Positions 1-9,374 are shown, counted from the stretch's first letter. The stretch is DNA of 64,000 nt from Armatimonadota bacterium (GCA_035528905.1 DATKXU010000109.1:7279-71278), one strand, 5' to 3'. Made by a program: numbers and translations. The notes: generated from the sequence alone by a model not told the origin.

Positions 1-2
1 GC

Positions 3-932
3 GACAGGGACAGAATCGTCCACTGCAAGGCATTCCGCCGCCTGAAGCATAAGACGCAGGTCTTCATTGACCCCGAAGAGGATCACTACCGCACGCGCCT
101 GACCCATACCCTGGAGGTTGCCCAGATCGCCAGGACGATCGCGCGAGCCCTGAGGCTGAACGAGGACTTGACAGAGGCAATCTCACTGGGTCACGATCTT
201 GGCCATACGCCGTTCGGCCATGCGGGCGAGCAGGCGCTGGACGAGGTCTACCAAGAGTACGTGCCGGAAGCGTCCTTCCGGCATGACGAGCAGAGCCTGC
301 GTGTGGTGGACGTCCTCGAGCGCGATGGGCGAGGATTGAACCTCACCCGCGAGGTACGCGAGGGAATCCTGCACCACGCGAAAGGCAGCGAGGACATCGT
401 GTTCGACGGCTCGAAGCCGAATGGAACCCTAGAGGGCCGGGTTGTTCGGGTCGCTGACCGAATCGCGTACATCAACCACGACATAGATGATGCCGTCAGA
501 GCCGGTGTTCTCTCCGAGTCCGACTTGCCTGCGGACTGCGTCTTCGCGCTAGGGCAAGGGCATTCAGAGCGCATCGCCACCATGGTCATTGACCTTGTGA
601 AGCACAGCCGGGACAAGCCGGAGCTTAGTATGAGCGCAGAAGTGACGGACGCGACAAACCGATTGAAGGACTTCCTGTTTGAGCGCGTGTATGGTCCGAG
701 CGCCGTCGGCCCGCGGGTGGAAGAGCTGCGGAAAGCCGCGCGACTCGTGAAGGAGCTGTTCAGGCTCTACGTGGAGCAGCCAAACCTCCTGCCGGGGTGT
801 CCCTACTCCGGGGGCGAAACTGTGGAAGAGAATGCGCGGGCGGCGTGCGACTTCATCGCGGGCATGACCGACCGCTATGCCATGCGGCGATATGCCGAGC
901 ACTTCATGCCGCAAGCGTGGGAGACTCTCTGA
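3..932 (+). CDS. dgt: dGTP triphosphohydrolase-like HD-domain phosphohydrolase (5' end cut by window edge)
   Basis: Frame is open from nt 3 (DRDRIVHCKAFRRLKHKTQVF..RTRLTHTLEVAQIAR) and continues into the listed 168..932 ORF. HD motifs LGHDLGHTPFGH and VADRIAYINHDIDD are typical of the dGTPase family. Confidence 0.85.
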   Translation, partial: DRDRIVHCKAFRRLKHKTQVFIDPEEDHYRTRLTHTLEVAQIARTIARALRLNEDLTEAISLGHDLGHTPFGHAGEQALDEVYQEYVPEASFRHDEQSLRVVDVLERDGRGLNLTREVREGILHHAKGSEDIVFDGSKPNGTLEGRVVRVADRIAYINHDIDDAVRAGVLSESDLPADCVFALGQGHSERIATMVIDLVKHSRDKPELSMSAEVTDATNRLKDFLFERVYGPSAVGPRVEELRKAARLVKELFRLYVEQPNLLPGCPYSGGETVEENARAACDFIAGMTDRYAMRRYAEHFMPQAWETL

Positions 933-962
933 AATTTGGAGTACACAATCGAATTTGCAGCG

Positions 963-991
963 TTGGAATTTCACGCACCCTGTGATATAAT
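963..991 (+). promoter_or_regulatory. sigma70-type promoter, TTGGAA-17-TATAAT with TGn extension
   Basis: TTGGAA at 963-968, 17-nt spacer ending in TGA, TATAAT at 986-991, about 95 nt upstream of the 1090 start codon. Confidence 0.55.
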
Positions 992-1089
992 AGCCGCGTA
1001 GCGACTCGGCAGCGGCCGATCTCACCGAATGCCCAGCGCCGCTCAGACCGGGGCACGGTGTTCCCAAGCCAAATTGGAGGTGGAATGTC

Positions 1090-1461
1090 ATGAGCGTGAA
1101 GGCGACGATAAAATGCAACTGCGGTCAGCGGATAATTTCAAAAGACGTGATGCAGACCGGGTACTACTTGCGATTGTTCGGGCCAAGCTTTGTGTACGTA
1201 AAGTTCCGATGCTCGCGCTGCAAGAAGCTTGGCGAGCAGTTCATCAAGCAAGAAGACTGGGAAGACGGCATACTCAAGGACATCCCTTCCGAGGTTGACC
1301 AGGGCGAGAGGGAGAAGCTCGAGGCGTTGGGGCCGATCAATGTACGCGAACAGATCGCTTTCCACTTCGGCCTGGAGAACGCCGATCCTCTGGCAAAGCT
1401 AAATAAGCAGGCGGAGCTCCAAGCCTCCGGCGCCGAAGAACCAGGGAAGACCGAGGGATAG
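1090..1461 (+). CDS. small zinc-ribbon protein, function unknown
   Basis: 123-aa ORF preceded by GGAGGTG. Cys pairs CNCG...CSRCKK. Intrinsic terminator follows. Confidence 0.6.
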   Translation: MSVKATIKCNCGQRIISKDVMQTGYYLRLFGPSFVYVKFRCSRCKKLGEQFIKQEDWEDGILKDIPSEVDQGEREKLEALGPINVREQIAFHFGLENADPLAKLNKQAELQASGAEEPGKTEG

Positions 1462-1487
1462 CAGCGAGGAGATAAATTGTGATTCAC

Positions 1488-1521
1488 GAAGGCCCGGTTC
1501 ATTGCAATGAGCCGGGCCTTC
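1488..1521 (+). terminator. stem-loop terminator (10-bp perfect stem GAAGGCCCGG / CCGGGCCTTC)
   Basis: Inverted repeat 1488-1497 / 1512-1521, 27 nt after the stop codon. No strong T-run. Confidence 0.55.
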
Positions 1522-1536
1522 GCTGTCCTTCATGCG

Positions 1537-1565
1537 TTTACACCTCCTGGGGCTTGTGATAAAAT
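1537..1565 (+). promoter_or_regulatory. sigma70-type promoter, TTTACA-17-TAAAAT with TGn extension
   Basis: TTTACA at 1537-1542 and TAAAAT at 1560-1565, preceded by GTGA. Lies upstream of the rhomboid GTG start. Confidence 0.5.
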
Positions 1566-1595
1566 GCGTAGAAAGTCCGGCCGTGGAGGCGCGCG

Positions 1596-2303
1596 GTGAT
1601 CCCGCTCCGAGACGAGAACCCTACGAGGACCACACCCTACGTAGTTTACGGCTTGATAGCCCTGAACGTTGTCGCATTTCTATACAACGGCACGCTGGGT
1701 CCGCATACTCAGAACCCCTTGGCGGGCTTCGAGTTGGTGCCGGCCGAGCTGACGACCGGGCGGGATTTCGGGCCGCCGACGCCTGTTGCGCCCTGGGTGA
1801 CAATCTTCACTTCTATGTTCCTGCATGCAAACTGGCTGCATATCTTCGGCAACATGCTCTACCTGTGGATATTCGGAAACAACATAGAGGACGTGCTGGG
1901 GCATTTCAAGTTTCTGATGTTCTACTTCGCCGCCGGCGCGGGAGCCGCTTTCGCACAAGTTCTCACAGGCCCGACGGCCAGGGTGCCGATGGTGGGAGCA
2001 AGCGGAGCCATCGCCGGGGTGCTGGGAGCTTATCTGGTGCTGTTTCCCAGGGCCAGAATCATCACCCTGTTCTTTGTGGAGGTGATAGCGCTGCCCGCCT
2101 CGATAGTATTGACGTTGTGGATAGCCGTTCAGGTATTCAACTCGCTGCTGCTCGGCGGCGGCATGGTTCCCGGCGGAGGAATCGCATACGCGGCGCACAT
2201 CGGCGGGTTCGGGATCGGCATGGCGATGATACTGATGTTCGGTGGGCGCCGGCTGCTCCGAGGCCGGCGGCCCGTTGAATACCGCAGGCGGTACTACTGG
2301 TAG
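1596..2303 (+). CDS. rhomboid-family intramembrane serine protease
   Basis: HANWLHIFGNMLYLWIFG, catalytic-type GASGAIAGVLGAY and AHIGGFGIG motifs. Multi-TM protein. GTG start after GGAGG. Confidence 0.9.
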   Translation: MIPLRDENPTRTTPYVVYGLIALNVVAFLYNGTLGPHTQNPLAGFELVPAELTTGRDFGPPTPVAPWVTIFTSMFLHANWLHIFGNMLYLWIFGNNIEDVLGHFKFLMFYFAAGAGAAFAQVLTGPTARVPMVGASGAIAGVLGAYLVLFPRARIITLFFVEVIALPASIVLTLWIAVQVFNSLLLGGGMVPGGGIAYAAHIGGFGIGMAMILMFGGRRLLRGRRPVEYRRRYYW

Positions 2304-2356
2304 GCAAGCGCGGATTAGGGGCTAGGCATTCCGGACTGCGTATTTGGGGGTAACTT

Positions 2357-4339
2357 GTGTCAACAGGGAATGGCAAGCGTAGCATGCGAGCAGATTGGCT
2401 GCTCATACTTCTCCTGCTTCCCGGCCTGCTGAGCGGATTGGCGCTTGGAGTTCGCAGGCACGGCATCGAGGCCGGGAATCGCGCCGTCGAGCTAGTGCTC
2501 GACTATGCCGAACTGCAGAGCCTCTCGGCGGCTTCCGGGCTTCAGATGCCCGCAATCCTCGAACGCTTCAAGAAGGTCGGTGTCACGGGCGTGGCCATCA
2601 GCGAGGACCTGCTCGGCGATCTGGCGGCAACCGGCCAGGTTGCCTATATCCAGCGAGACTCAGACACGGGACCGCTCACCGTCATCCGCATACCGGAAAA
2701 GCAGCTCGCGGGAAGGGTATTCCGCGCTCTGGACACGCGCCTCATGCCGGGAACGGTTCTCCCAAGCCGCGTTGATGCGTTGGGTGTCGCTGCAACGCGC
2801 ACGGTCCGAATGGCCCCGGCGACTTTGAACTTGATGGGCGTAGGGCTGCCGCCGGACACAGTGCGGCTGGTACAGAAGTCCGGACTCGACGTGGTGGCGC
2901 GGCTGCAGAACCATCCAGCCCTCACAGAGATCGGCGTGCAGGCCGCCCTGTCCGACTTGAAGCACGATGGCATCACAAGGCTGATATGTGCAGGAGACGA
3001 GGTGTACGGGTTCAGAGGACTGATACAGTATGCCGCTCGCTGCATCAAGTCCTCGGGCCTCGTATTCGGATCCATCGAGTTCGCAAAGCAGAAAGGCGAC
3101 GCGCGAATGTGCGAGGAGCTGGATTCGGAGTTCGTCCGGGTTCACAGCATCTCGCCCGCAGAGATGGCAGGGATGACACCCCAGATGGCGGTGGAACGCT
3201 TCGCGCGCGCCGTGAAGGAGCGGAGCATACGACTCTGCTACGTCCGGCTCCCGGAAACGTCGGGAGAGTCGCCCGTCGGGAGCAGCCTGGCCTTCGTTTC
3301 CGCGACCAGCAGGGACATCCGGAAAGCCGGGTATGAGATGGGAACCGCGCGGCCGTTCGGAAACATGTCCAGGCCACCGCTCTTCCTGGGGCTGATAGCA
3401 TTGTCCGTCGCGGCGGGCGCAGTACTCCTCGTCGGCTCGCTGATAAGCTTGTCGCCAATATGGAAGTATGGCTTGCTGCTGATCGGATTGGCCGCGGTTG
3501 CGGGGCTGGCGCTCGACGGCGAGATGGGACGCCGGCTTCTCGCTCTGGCATCCGCCTTCATATTCCCAACGCTTGGGATAGCCATGCTGATCGGGCCGCA
3601 CTTCAACCGTGGGACGTTCGAGAAGTCAGCGGGATTGAAGGCCGTCGCTCTGTTCATCGGCGCGTCAGCGATCACGCTGTGCGGCGCTCTACTGGTCGCG
3701 GGTTTGCTCAGCGACAGGTCATATATGGTGAAAGTGAACCAGTTCGTGGGTATCAAGGCGGCGCATCTGCTCCCGATACTCGCGGTCATATTCATCATGG
3801 CCGCCGGCCTGCCCATTTTCGGGAAGCCTTTCTCGAAGGTGTGGGAGGAGAGCGCAGCGAACATCCGCAGGGCCGTGAATCACCCCCTCTTCGTGTGGCA
3901 CGCTCTGGCGGTGGCGGTCGCCCTGGGAATCATCGTCCTGGCACTGCTCCGCACGGGCAACGAGCCCGGCGTTGGAGTAACCGGCATCGAACTCAAGTTC
4001 CGATCGGTCCTCGATCGCCTTATGGCGGTGCGTCCGAGGACGAAGGAGTTCCTGGTCGGCCATCCGGCTCTGCTTGTTGGCACGGCGCTGCTTCTGACCC
4101 GCAGGAGAGGCTGGGGACTGCCTCTCGTGGCGTTGGGCGTGCTTGGGCAAGTGTCGCTGCTGAACACATTCTGTCATATCCACACGCCGCTGAACGTCTC
4201 GGCGCTCCGTGCGGCGAACGGGCTGGCGCTCGGCCTCCTGCTGGGCATAGCGGCATGGTACATCGTGGGCATATTCAGTCGGCCAAGGGGAGCCAGCGCC
4301 GAACCCAGAGGCAAATCAACAACGAGTGACACAACTTAG
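2357..4339 (+). CDS. polytopic membrane protein, DUF5693-like (csaB-associated)
   Basis: 660-aa ORF with an N-terminal TM, a soluble domain, then many hydrophobic helices. Overlaps the csaB start by 14 nt. Family call is from remembered DUF5693-csaB linkage and is unverified. Confidence 0.6.
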   Translation: MSTGNGKRSMRADWLLILLLLPGLLSGLALGVRRHGIEAGNRAVELVLDYAELQSLSAASGLQMPAILERFKKVGVTGVAISEDLLGDLAATGQVAYIQRDSDTGPLTVIRIPEKQLAGRVFRALDTRLMPGTVLPSRVDALGVAATRTVRMAPATLNLMGVGLPPDTVRLVQKSGLDVVARLQNHPALTEIGVQAALSDLKHDGITRLICAGDEVYGFRGLIQYAARCIKSSGLVFGSIEFAKQKGDARMCEELDSEFVRVHSISPAEMAGMTPQMAVERFARAVKERSIRLCYVRLPETSGESPVGSSLAFVSATSRDIRKAGYEMGTARPFGNMSRPPLFLGLIALSVAAGAVLLVGSLISLSPIWKYGLLLIGLAAVAGLALDGEMGRRLLALASAFIFPTLGIAMLIGPHFNRGTFEKSAGLKAVALFIGASAITLCGALLVAGLLSDRSYMVKVNQFVGIKAAHLLPILAVIFIMAAGLPIFGKPFSKVWEESAANIRRAVNHPLFVWHALAVAVALGIIVLALLRTGNEPGVGVTGIELKFRSVLDRLMAVRPRTKEFLVGHPALLVGTALLLTRRRGWGLPLVALGVLGQVSLLNTFCHIHTPLNVSALRAANGLALGLLLGIAAWYIVGIFSRPRGASAEPRGKSTTSDTT

Positions 4340-5429
4340 ACGGATACTGATATCGGGATACTACGGATTCTCAAACGCCGGGGATGAGGCCGTCCTGTCC
4401 GCCATAATCGGCGGTTTGAGGTCGCAGGCCGGGGACGACGTCGAGATCACGGTACTGTCTGCGTCGCCGGAAGAGACTGCAAACGCGCACGAGGTCACAG
4501 CCGTGCCGCGCGGCTCGGCATCTCATGTAACAAAGGCTCTGAAGGGGTGCGATCTGCTTATCAGCGGCGGCGGGAGCCTGATCCAGGACGCCACCAGCTT
4601 CCGCTCGCTGGCCTATTACCTGGCAATCATCGCGCTGGCCAAGTTCTACCGGCGCAAGGTGATGATCCTCGGCCAGGGAATCGGCCCTCTGCGAAGAAGC
4701 ATCTCGCGCCGGCTCACACAAGCGGTTTTGAACAAAGTTGATCTCATCACGGTCAGAGACGCCCGGTCTGCGGCGCTGCTCGAAGAACTGGGCGTGCGCA
4801 AGCCTCCCATCCGGACTACTGCTGACCCGACTCTCCTGCTGGAACCTTGTCAATCGGAAGAAGCGATCCGGCTGCTGTCGGACATGGGCCTGAGCGCGCA
4901 CGACGACCTGATTGCAGTATCTCTGCGGAAGTGGCCCATTCTGCGGATCGAGGAATCAGCGACGGAAGCCTTGGCGGCGCTGGCGAAGACGCTGCCCGCG
5001 AAGCTCCTGCTGCTGACCATGCACACGCCGGAGGACGTTCTGATTGCCAGGCAGGTTCAGGAAGCGCTCGATTTGCCGGGGCGAGTCATTGTGCAGCCGG
5101 AGCCCTGGACGGGCGGCCAGTTACTCGGCGTGCTCGCAAAGTGCCGCCTGGCGGTCGCGATGAGGCTTCACGCGCTGATATTCGCTGCAGCCGCCGGAGT
5201 GCCGTCCATAGGCATCGTGTACGATCCCAAGGTGGAACATTTCCTCGCCGCGACTGGTCAGCAAAGTATCTCCTTGGCGGAGGCGGCATCCGGTCTGCTC
5301 GCAGAGCGGGTAACGCGCGCCTGGGAGGCCCGCGATGCGCTGGCATCCCGGCTTTCGGAAACCGTTCCAGCCATGAGAGAGGCAGCGGCGGAGAACATCC
5401 GGCTGGCATTGCAGGTGCTCGGTTCTTAG
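4326..5429 (+). CDS. csaB: polysaccharide pyruvyl transferase CsaB
   Basis: N-terminus ILISGYYGFSNAGDEAVLSAII and overall length match the CsaB family. Confidence 0.85.
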   Translation: MTQLRRILISGYYGFSNAGDEAVLSAIIGGLRSQAGDDVEITVLSASPEETANAHEVTAVPRGSASHVTKALKGCDLLISGGGSLIQDATSFRSLAYYLAIIALAKFYRRKVMILGQGIGPLRRSISRRLTQAVLNKVDLITVRDARSAALLEELGVRKPPIRTTADPTLLLEPCQSEEAIRLLSDMGLSAHDDLIAVSLRKWPILRIEESATEALAALAKTLPAKLLLLTMHTPEDVLIARQVQEALDLPGRVIVQPEPWTGGQLLGVLAKCRLAVAMRLHALIFAAAAGVPSIGIVYDPKVEHFLAATGQQSISLAEAASGLLAERVTRAWEARDALASRLSETVPAMREAAAENIRLALQVLGS

Positions 5430-5443
5430 CAAGGAGGACTTCG

Positions 5444-6037
5444 GTGGAACAGGCGGGCAAACGAGCGGCATGGAGAGCAGCTCAACCGCTGCCAGGGGCC
5501 GCTGCGATATTGGCCGGGGTTCTCCTCGGAATTGCCATCGGAATATACAGCAACGAAGAGGGGCGCACGGCGAGAGCAGAGAGCTGCCTGGCGAATGCCA
5601 GATGCATCGCGTACGCCTTGCACATGTATGCCCAGGACCATGGTGGAAGGCTTCCGAAGGCTTCCGGCCAGGAGTGGGTCCTGCAGGCATATCCGTACCT
5701 GCGGGATCCCTTAGCGCATCCGTCTTTTCGGAATTTCAACGCACTGTACTGCCCTGAGGACAGGGAGGCGTCGGGAGGCTATCGCCACGCCGTGCATGAG
5801 ATCGAGCGAGAAACGGGCAAGCTTGACTACGCGTCTGAGGCAGTGTTCGCTCGCATGAGGAAGAACGGTTCGCGTCTCACCAGCTATGAGATGCCGAAGG
5901 CCGTGGCCGGCGTCCGGCTTGAGGATATTCGTTCTCCTGCTAAGACCGTTATACTTCAGGAGACCGAACCCCGGCACGATGGTTATGCCGCTGTCGCATA
6001 CGCAGACCGCCATGTCGAAAAGGTCAGGGGACGCTGA
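5444..6037 (+). CDS. membrane-anchored DUF1559-like protein lacking a prepilin leader
   Basis: GTG at 5444, 7 nt after AAGGAGG. The listed 4847 start would overlap csaB. SCLANARCIAYALHMYAQDHGGRLP parallels [25 protein letters not shown] of the 33591 gene. C-terminal YADRHVEKV is H-X9-DG-like. Confidence 0.6.
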   Translation: MEQAGKRAAWRAAQPLPGAAAILAGVLLGIAIGIYSNEEGRTARAESCLANARCIAYALHMYAQDHGGRLPKASGQEWVLQAYPYLRDPLAHPSFRNFNALYCPEDREASGGYRHAVHEIERETGKLDYASEAVFARMRKNGSRLTSYEMPKAVAGVRLEDIRSPAKTVILQETEPRHDGYAAVAYADRHVEKVRGR

Positions 6038-6081
6038 TCTCGCGAGCCAATCGAATCGTCCAAGGCCGGAAAGGGGAAGGG

Positions 6082-6151
6082 AACATCCAACACCCGACGT
6101 CCAATCCAGGGGCGCAAACCTGAGACCTGGAACCTGGAACTTGAAACCTTG
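6082..6151. repeat. heptanucleotide tandem array, 10 units in phase (AACCTGR type at the 3' half)
   Basis: AACATCC AACACCC GACGTCC AATCCAG GGGCGCA AACCTGA GACCTGG AACCTGG AACTTGA AACCTTG. Confidence 0.85.
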
Positions 6152-6223
6152 CCAGCCACGTTACGTAAAACAGATTGGATGCCGCAGTCTCTATTTATCA
6201 GTGGAAACGGATGGTGACTTCCC

Positions 6224-7711
6224 ATGAAAAAGCGAACAAGCATCGGCATGCTCGTACCTGCAGTGGCTGTGTCGCTGGCCCTCACGGCGCTTCTCCAAGG
6301 ATGCGGCGGAGAGAGGACGCACCTCAGCGTCGTCAGCGGGACTATTGCCGACATCAATCGCAACCCGATCGTCGGAGCCAAAGTGTGGGTCGACGACTAC
6401 CACCAAACACAGTCTCTGAGCACCGGCACATACAGGCTGGAAGGCGTGGAGAGCGGCTGGCGAACCGTCTGGGCAAGCGCAGACATTAGTGGACAGACGT
6501 GGATCGGCAGCGCCGCGGCGGAAATACTGCGGGACCAGCCTACGATGAACATCCACATCACACTGGCGCCTGTGAGCGAAACCACCGAGATTCGCGGCTA
6601 CGTGGAGGACGACACCGGCCACCCGGTCGAGGGGGCACGGGTGCTGCTCACTACGCGCCTGCTGTCGCCTCCGGAGGACACCGACGCCTACGACGGCCCT
6701 TATGGGTCCATGGTAGCCGTCACGAACGGGAGCGGAGAGTATCGGCTGGAAAACGTGCCGGTCGGCTTGAAGGCGACAATAGCGGCATCGAAGGTCGGCT
6801 TCTACAACCAGGAAAAGGCGATTACCACCGCCAGCCCGAGCCAACTTGTGGACTTCACGCTGCAGGAATCGCACGTGGCATATCGCTTGGAGCCACCAGA
6901 CCTTGACGCAGTCGAATCGTACACCATGCCGGACACCATGACCAGGAGCGACGCCGATGCCTTCAAGGCGATCAGGGCGATTACGTCGCCGCGCTACTTC
7001 CAGGCCATCGCTAAGCAGAAGCAGGTGATGACTCGCGCAACGCCGCCCGGCTCGCTGATCGAGATAGACCTTTACTGGAACGCGCTGAATGCGAATGATT
7101 CCCAGGAGATCGCCGGCTACGGGATCTACCGCGGGACCGCTCCGCGCACGGGCGCGAAAGCCATTGATTTCGTGCGCGACCCCTATGCCAATTTCTACAG
7201 CGACACAGACATAGCGATTACGCCCTATGTGGATTATTACTATGCCGTGACTGCGGTAGATGTGGAGTTCCTCGACCAGTTCAACAACCCTGATCCCGGC
7301 GCAGAAAGCGAGAAGAGCAACTGGCTTGCAATACGCCCGCTCGGGCAGTTGAAGGCCGATTCTCCGGAGCAGGGAGCAGTGGTGTCGGAGAACCCCTTGT
7401 TCAACTGGTCAGCACTGGTAGGGGCGGCTTTCTACAAAGTGTTCGTGTACGATGAGTTTCCGACGCTGGCGGCTGATCCCTCCAGGACTTACACTAGCCC
7501 ACAGCCGCCTCCCGGTGTAGTAACTCTGCCCATCTGGCCGAGGACACTCGACTCGAACGAAAGCAGAGTCGAGGCGGGGACAACGTCAATTCACTACACG
7601 GGACCGGCGCTGACGCCGGGGAAGACTTACTACTGGCTGGTCATGGCGAAGGATGAAGAGGAATGGGCGGTCTCGTACAGCCAGCTCAGGTATTTCACGG
7701 TAGCGAGGTAA
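6224..7711 (+). CDS. secreted lipoprotein with carboxypeptidase-regulatory-like repeats
   Basis: Lipobox LLQGC at the N-terminus. Two segments (GTIADINRNPIVGAKVWVD..TGTYRLEGV and GYVEDDTGHPVEGARVLL..GEYRLENVPVG) resemble CarboxypepD_reg domains. Confidence 0.65.
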   Translation: MKKRTSIGMLVPAVAVSLALTALLQGCGGERTHLSVVSGTIADINRNPIVGAKVWVDDYHQTQSLSTGTYRLEGVESGWRTVWASADISGQTWIGSAAAEILRDQPTMNIHITLAPVSETTEIRGYVEDDTGHPVEGARVLLTTRLLSPPEDTDAYDGPYGSMVAVTNGSGEYRLENVPVGLKATIAASKVGFYNQEKAITTASPSQLVDFTLQESHVAYRLEPPDLDAVESYTMPDTMTRSDADAFKAIRAITSPRYFQAIAKQKQVMTRATPPGSLIEIDLYWNALNANDSQEIAGYGIYRGTAPRTGAKAIDFVRDPYANFYSDTDIAITPYVDYYYAVTAVDVEFLDQFNNPDPGAESEKSNWLAIRPLGQLKADSPEQGAVVSENPLFNWSALVGAAFYKVFVYDEFPTLAADPSRTYTSPQPPPGVVTLPIWPRTLDSNESRVEAGTTSIHYTGPALTPGKTYYWLVMAKDEEEWAVSYSQLRYFTVAR

Positions 7712-7720
7712 CATGCCGTT

Positions 7721-8260
7721 GTGAAACGATGGTTTCCCTGGATAACGGCTGCGGCAATAGCAGTCGGGTTGGTCTGGGCCTTTATCTACCTTGGCACGCG
7801 CGGCCCGAGGCTGGATGAGGATCATCTGGCCGGAGTGGCGATAAGGCTGAAAAACGCAAAGCTGGTCGGCCGGTCGGGTGGAAAGAAGGTGTGGGCATTC
7901 GAGGCCCGGACTATTGACGTGAGCAGAGACCGGCGAACGGCCACTTTCAAGGGCGTCACTCGCGGCTGCCTGCTGCAAGACGGCAAACAGATAGCGTCAC
8001 TCTCCGCCGGGAAGGTCATCTACAACACATTCACGCAGAATGTCGCAGTTCCGGGAAGCGCCGAAGTCGTCCTGACAGACGGCCCATCATTCAAAGTGAG
8101 GGACGCGTACTGGGATGCGCGCAAATCCAGGCTGTTCTGCCGGGGCGGAGTGGATGCCGCCTTGGCAGGCAGCACGCTCCACGGCGAGCGCATGACTGTG
8201 GACGTCGGGAAGAAGGAGCTGACGATCTACAAGGTGAATGGACAAATCAGACTCGAATAG
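7721..8260 (+). CDS. LptC-like membrane-anchored protein
   Basis: N-terminal TM followed by a beta-rich domain. Sits directly upstream of an OstA/LptA-like gene. Assignment rests on context and fold-type pattern only. Confidence 0.5.
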   Translation: MKRWFPWITAAAIAVGLVWAFIYLGTRGPRLDEDHLAGVAIRLKNAKLVGRSGGKKVWAFEARTIDVSRDRRTATFKGVTRGCLLQDGKQIASLSAGKVIYNTFTQNVAVPGSAEVVLTDGPSFKVRDAYWDARKSRLFCRGGVDAALAGSTLHGERMTVDVGKKELTIYKVNGQIRLE

Positions 8261-8279
8261 CCGGAGAGCAGCAACGGAC

Positions 8280-9089
8280 ATGAAAATGAATCAACGGGCT
8301 AAATGGAGAATCGGGTCAGCAATTGCGGCCACGATAGGCCTGGCGGTCGTGAGCGCGGTTCCGGCGGCGCAGCAAGGGACGCCTCCGAAGCCTGCCGAGC
8401 CCAAGTACACGGAGATCAAGTACTCCGCCGATATGACCTCGTATCGCTGGGACGGAGAGGACCGCATACTGGTGCTCAAGGGTAACGTCAAGTTCGTGCA
8501 GGGAGACACCGCTCTTCTCGCAGATAAGGTTGACTACCGCGAGAGCACAGACACGGCCATTGCGACCGGCAACCTGAAGATCTACGATGACCGGGACACG
8601 ATCACCGGCGACACATGCACCATGAACTTCGAGGAGAAGAAGGGAACGCTGGCAGGGAACGTTCGAATAGTGGCCAAGCCTAAGCCGAAGCCCCAGGGTT
8701 CATCGGACTCCAAGCCGAAATCGCTGAAATCCGAGTGGAAGGACGGCTTGGTCATCACCTGCGACAAGGTGGACTACTACTATAAGGAAAAGAAGGCGGT
8801 GATTCCCTCGCCGGTCACGATGGTGCAGAAGAGCAGGACGGTCACCGCTGATTCGGCGATATACCTCAGCAAAGAGGAGATCATTCAGCTAGTCGGCAGC
8901 GTCAAGGGACGCGACGAAAAGGACAGACATTCGTTCTCCGCGCCCAAGGTCACGATCTCCATCAAGGAGAACGATGAATGGATCACGGCCGAGAAGGCCA
9001 CCGGCTCTTTCTACGTGAAAGAGAAGGAAGAGGAGTCGAAGCCGGCAGAGAAGACGACTGAGCAGCCGGCAGAAAAGTCCGGCACGTAG
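8280..9089 (+). CDS. OstA/LptA-like periplasmic protein
   Basis: Signal peptide after the ATG at 8280. LKGNVKFVQGDTALLADKVDY...ATGNLKIYDDRDTITGD is typical of the OstA N-terminal domain. The 8238 start would overlap the previous gene. Confidence 0.65.
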   Translation: MKMNQRAKWRIGSAIAATIGLAVVSAVPAAQQGTPPKPAEPKYTEIKYSADMTSYRWDGEDRILVLKGNVKFVQGDTALLADKVDYRESTDTAIATGNLKIYDDRDTITGDTCTMNFEEKKGTLAGNVRIVAKPKPKPQGSSDSKPKSLKSEWKDGLVITCDKVDYYYKEKKAVIPSPVTMVQKSRTVTADSAIYLSKEEIIQLVGSVKGRDEKDRHSFSAPKVTISIKENDEWITAEKATGSFYVKEKEEESKPAEKTTEQPAEKSGT

Positions 9090-9225
9090 CGCACGAACGT
9101 ACAATATGCCCCACTCCGGAAACTCACCGCCGAAGGCCCTTGCTTCCGAGAGCCAAGATATTCGCAGGCTGTTAGGCGGCTGCTTGCACCAGTCCTCACC
9201 GGTTACTCAGCGATAGTTACCAGCT

Positions 9226-9361
9226 GTAAGAGTTCACGATTGTTGATAATAAAATCCGACCGTTGTCATTCTGAGTCCCGAGAATCGGGACGAAGAATCT
9301 GTCGAGCGTAGGCGAGATGCTTCGCTTTGCTCAGCATGACATTACTATCAAGGAACCTGAA
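9226..9361. repeat. about 135-nt interspersed repeat, copy A (partner at 42336-42471)
   Basis: Near-identical to copy B except for about 5 substitutions and a variable central loop (here the hairpin TCCCGAGAATCGGGA). Contains GTCATTCTGAG...GAAGAATC...GAGATGCTTCGCTTTGCTCAGCATGAC. Confidence 0.9.
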
Positions 9362-9374
9362 CTGTTTCTACTAG

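Noticed and set aside
4847-5443. N-terminal 199 codons of the listed 4847..6037 ORF
   Set aside because: This part overlaps csaB in another frame. A GTG with a strong AAGGAGG site at 5444 starts the part that shows family similarity.
8238-8279. Upstream start of the LptA-like ORF
   Set aside because: It would overlap the LptC-like gene by 23 nt and add a non-signal-peptide-like extension. The ATG at 8280 gives a normal signal sequence.
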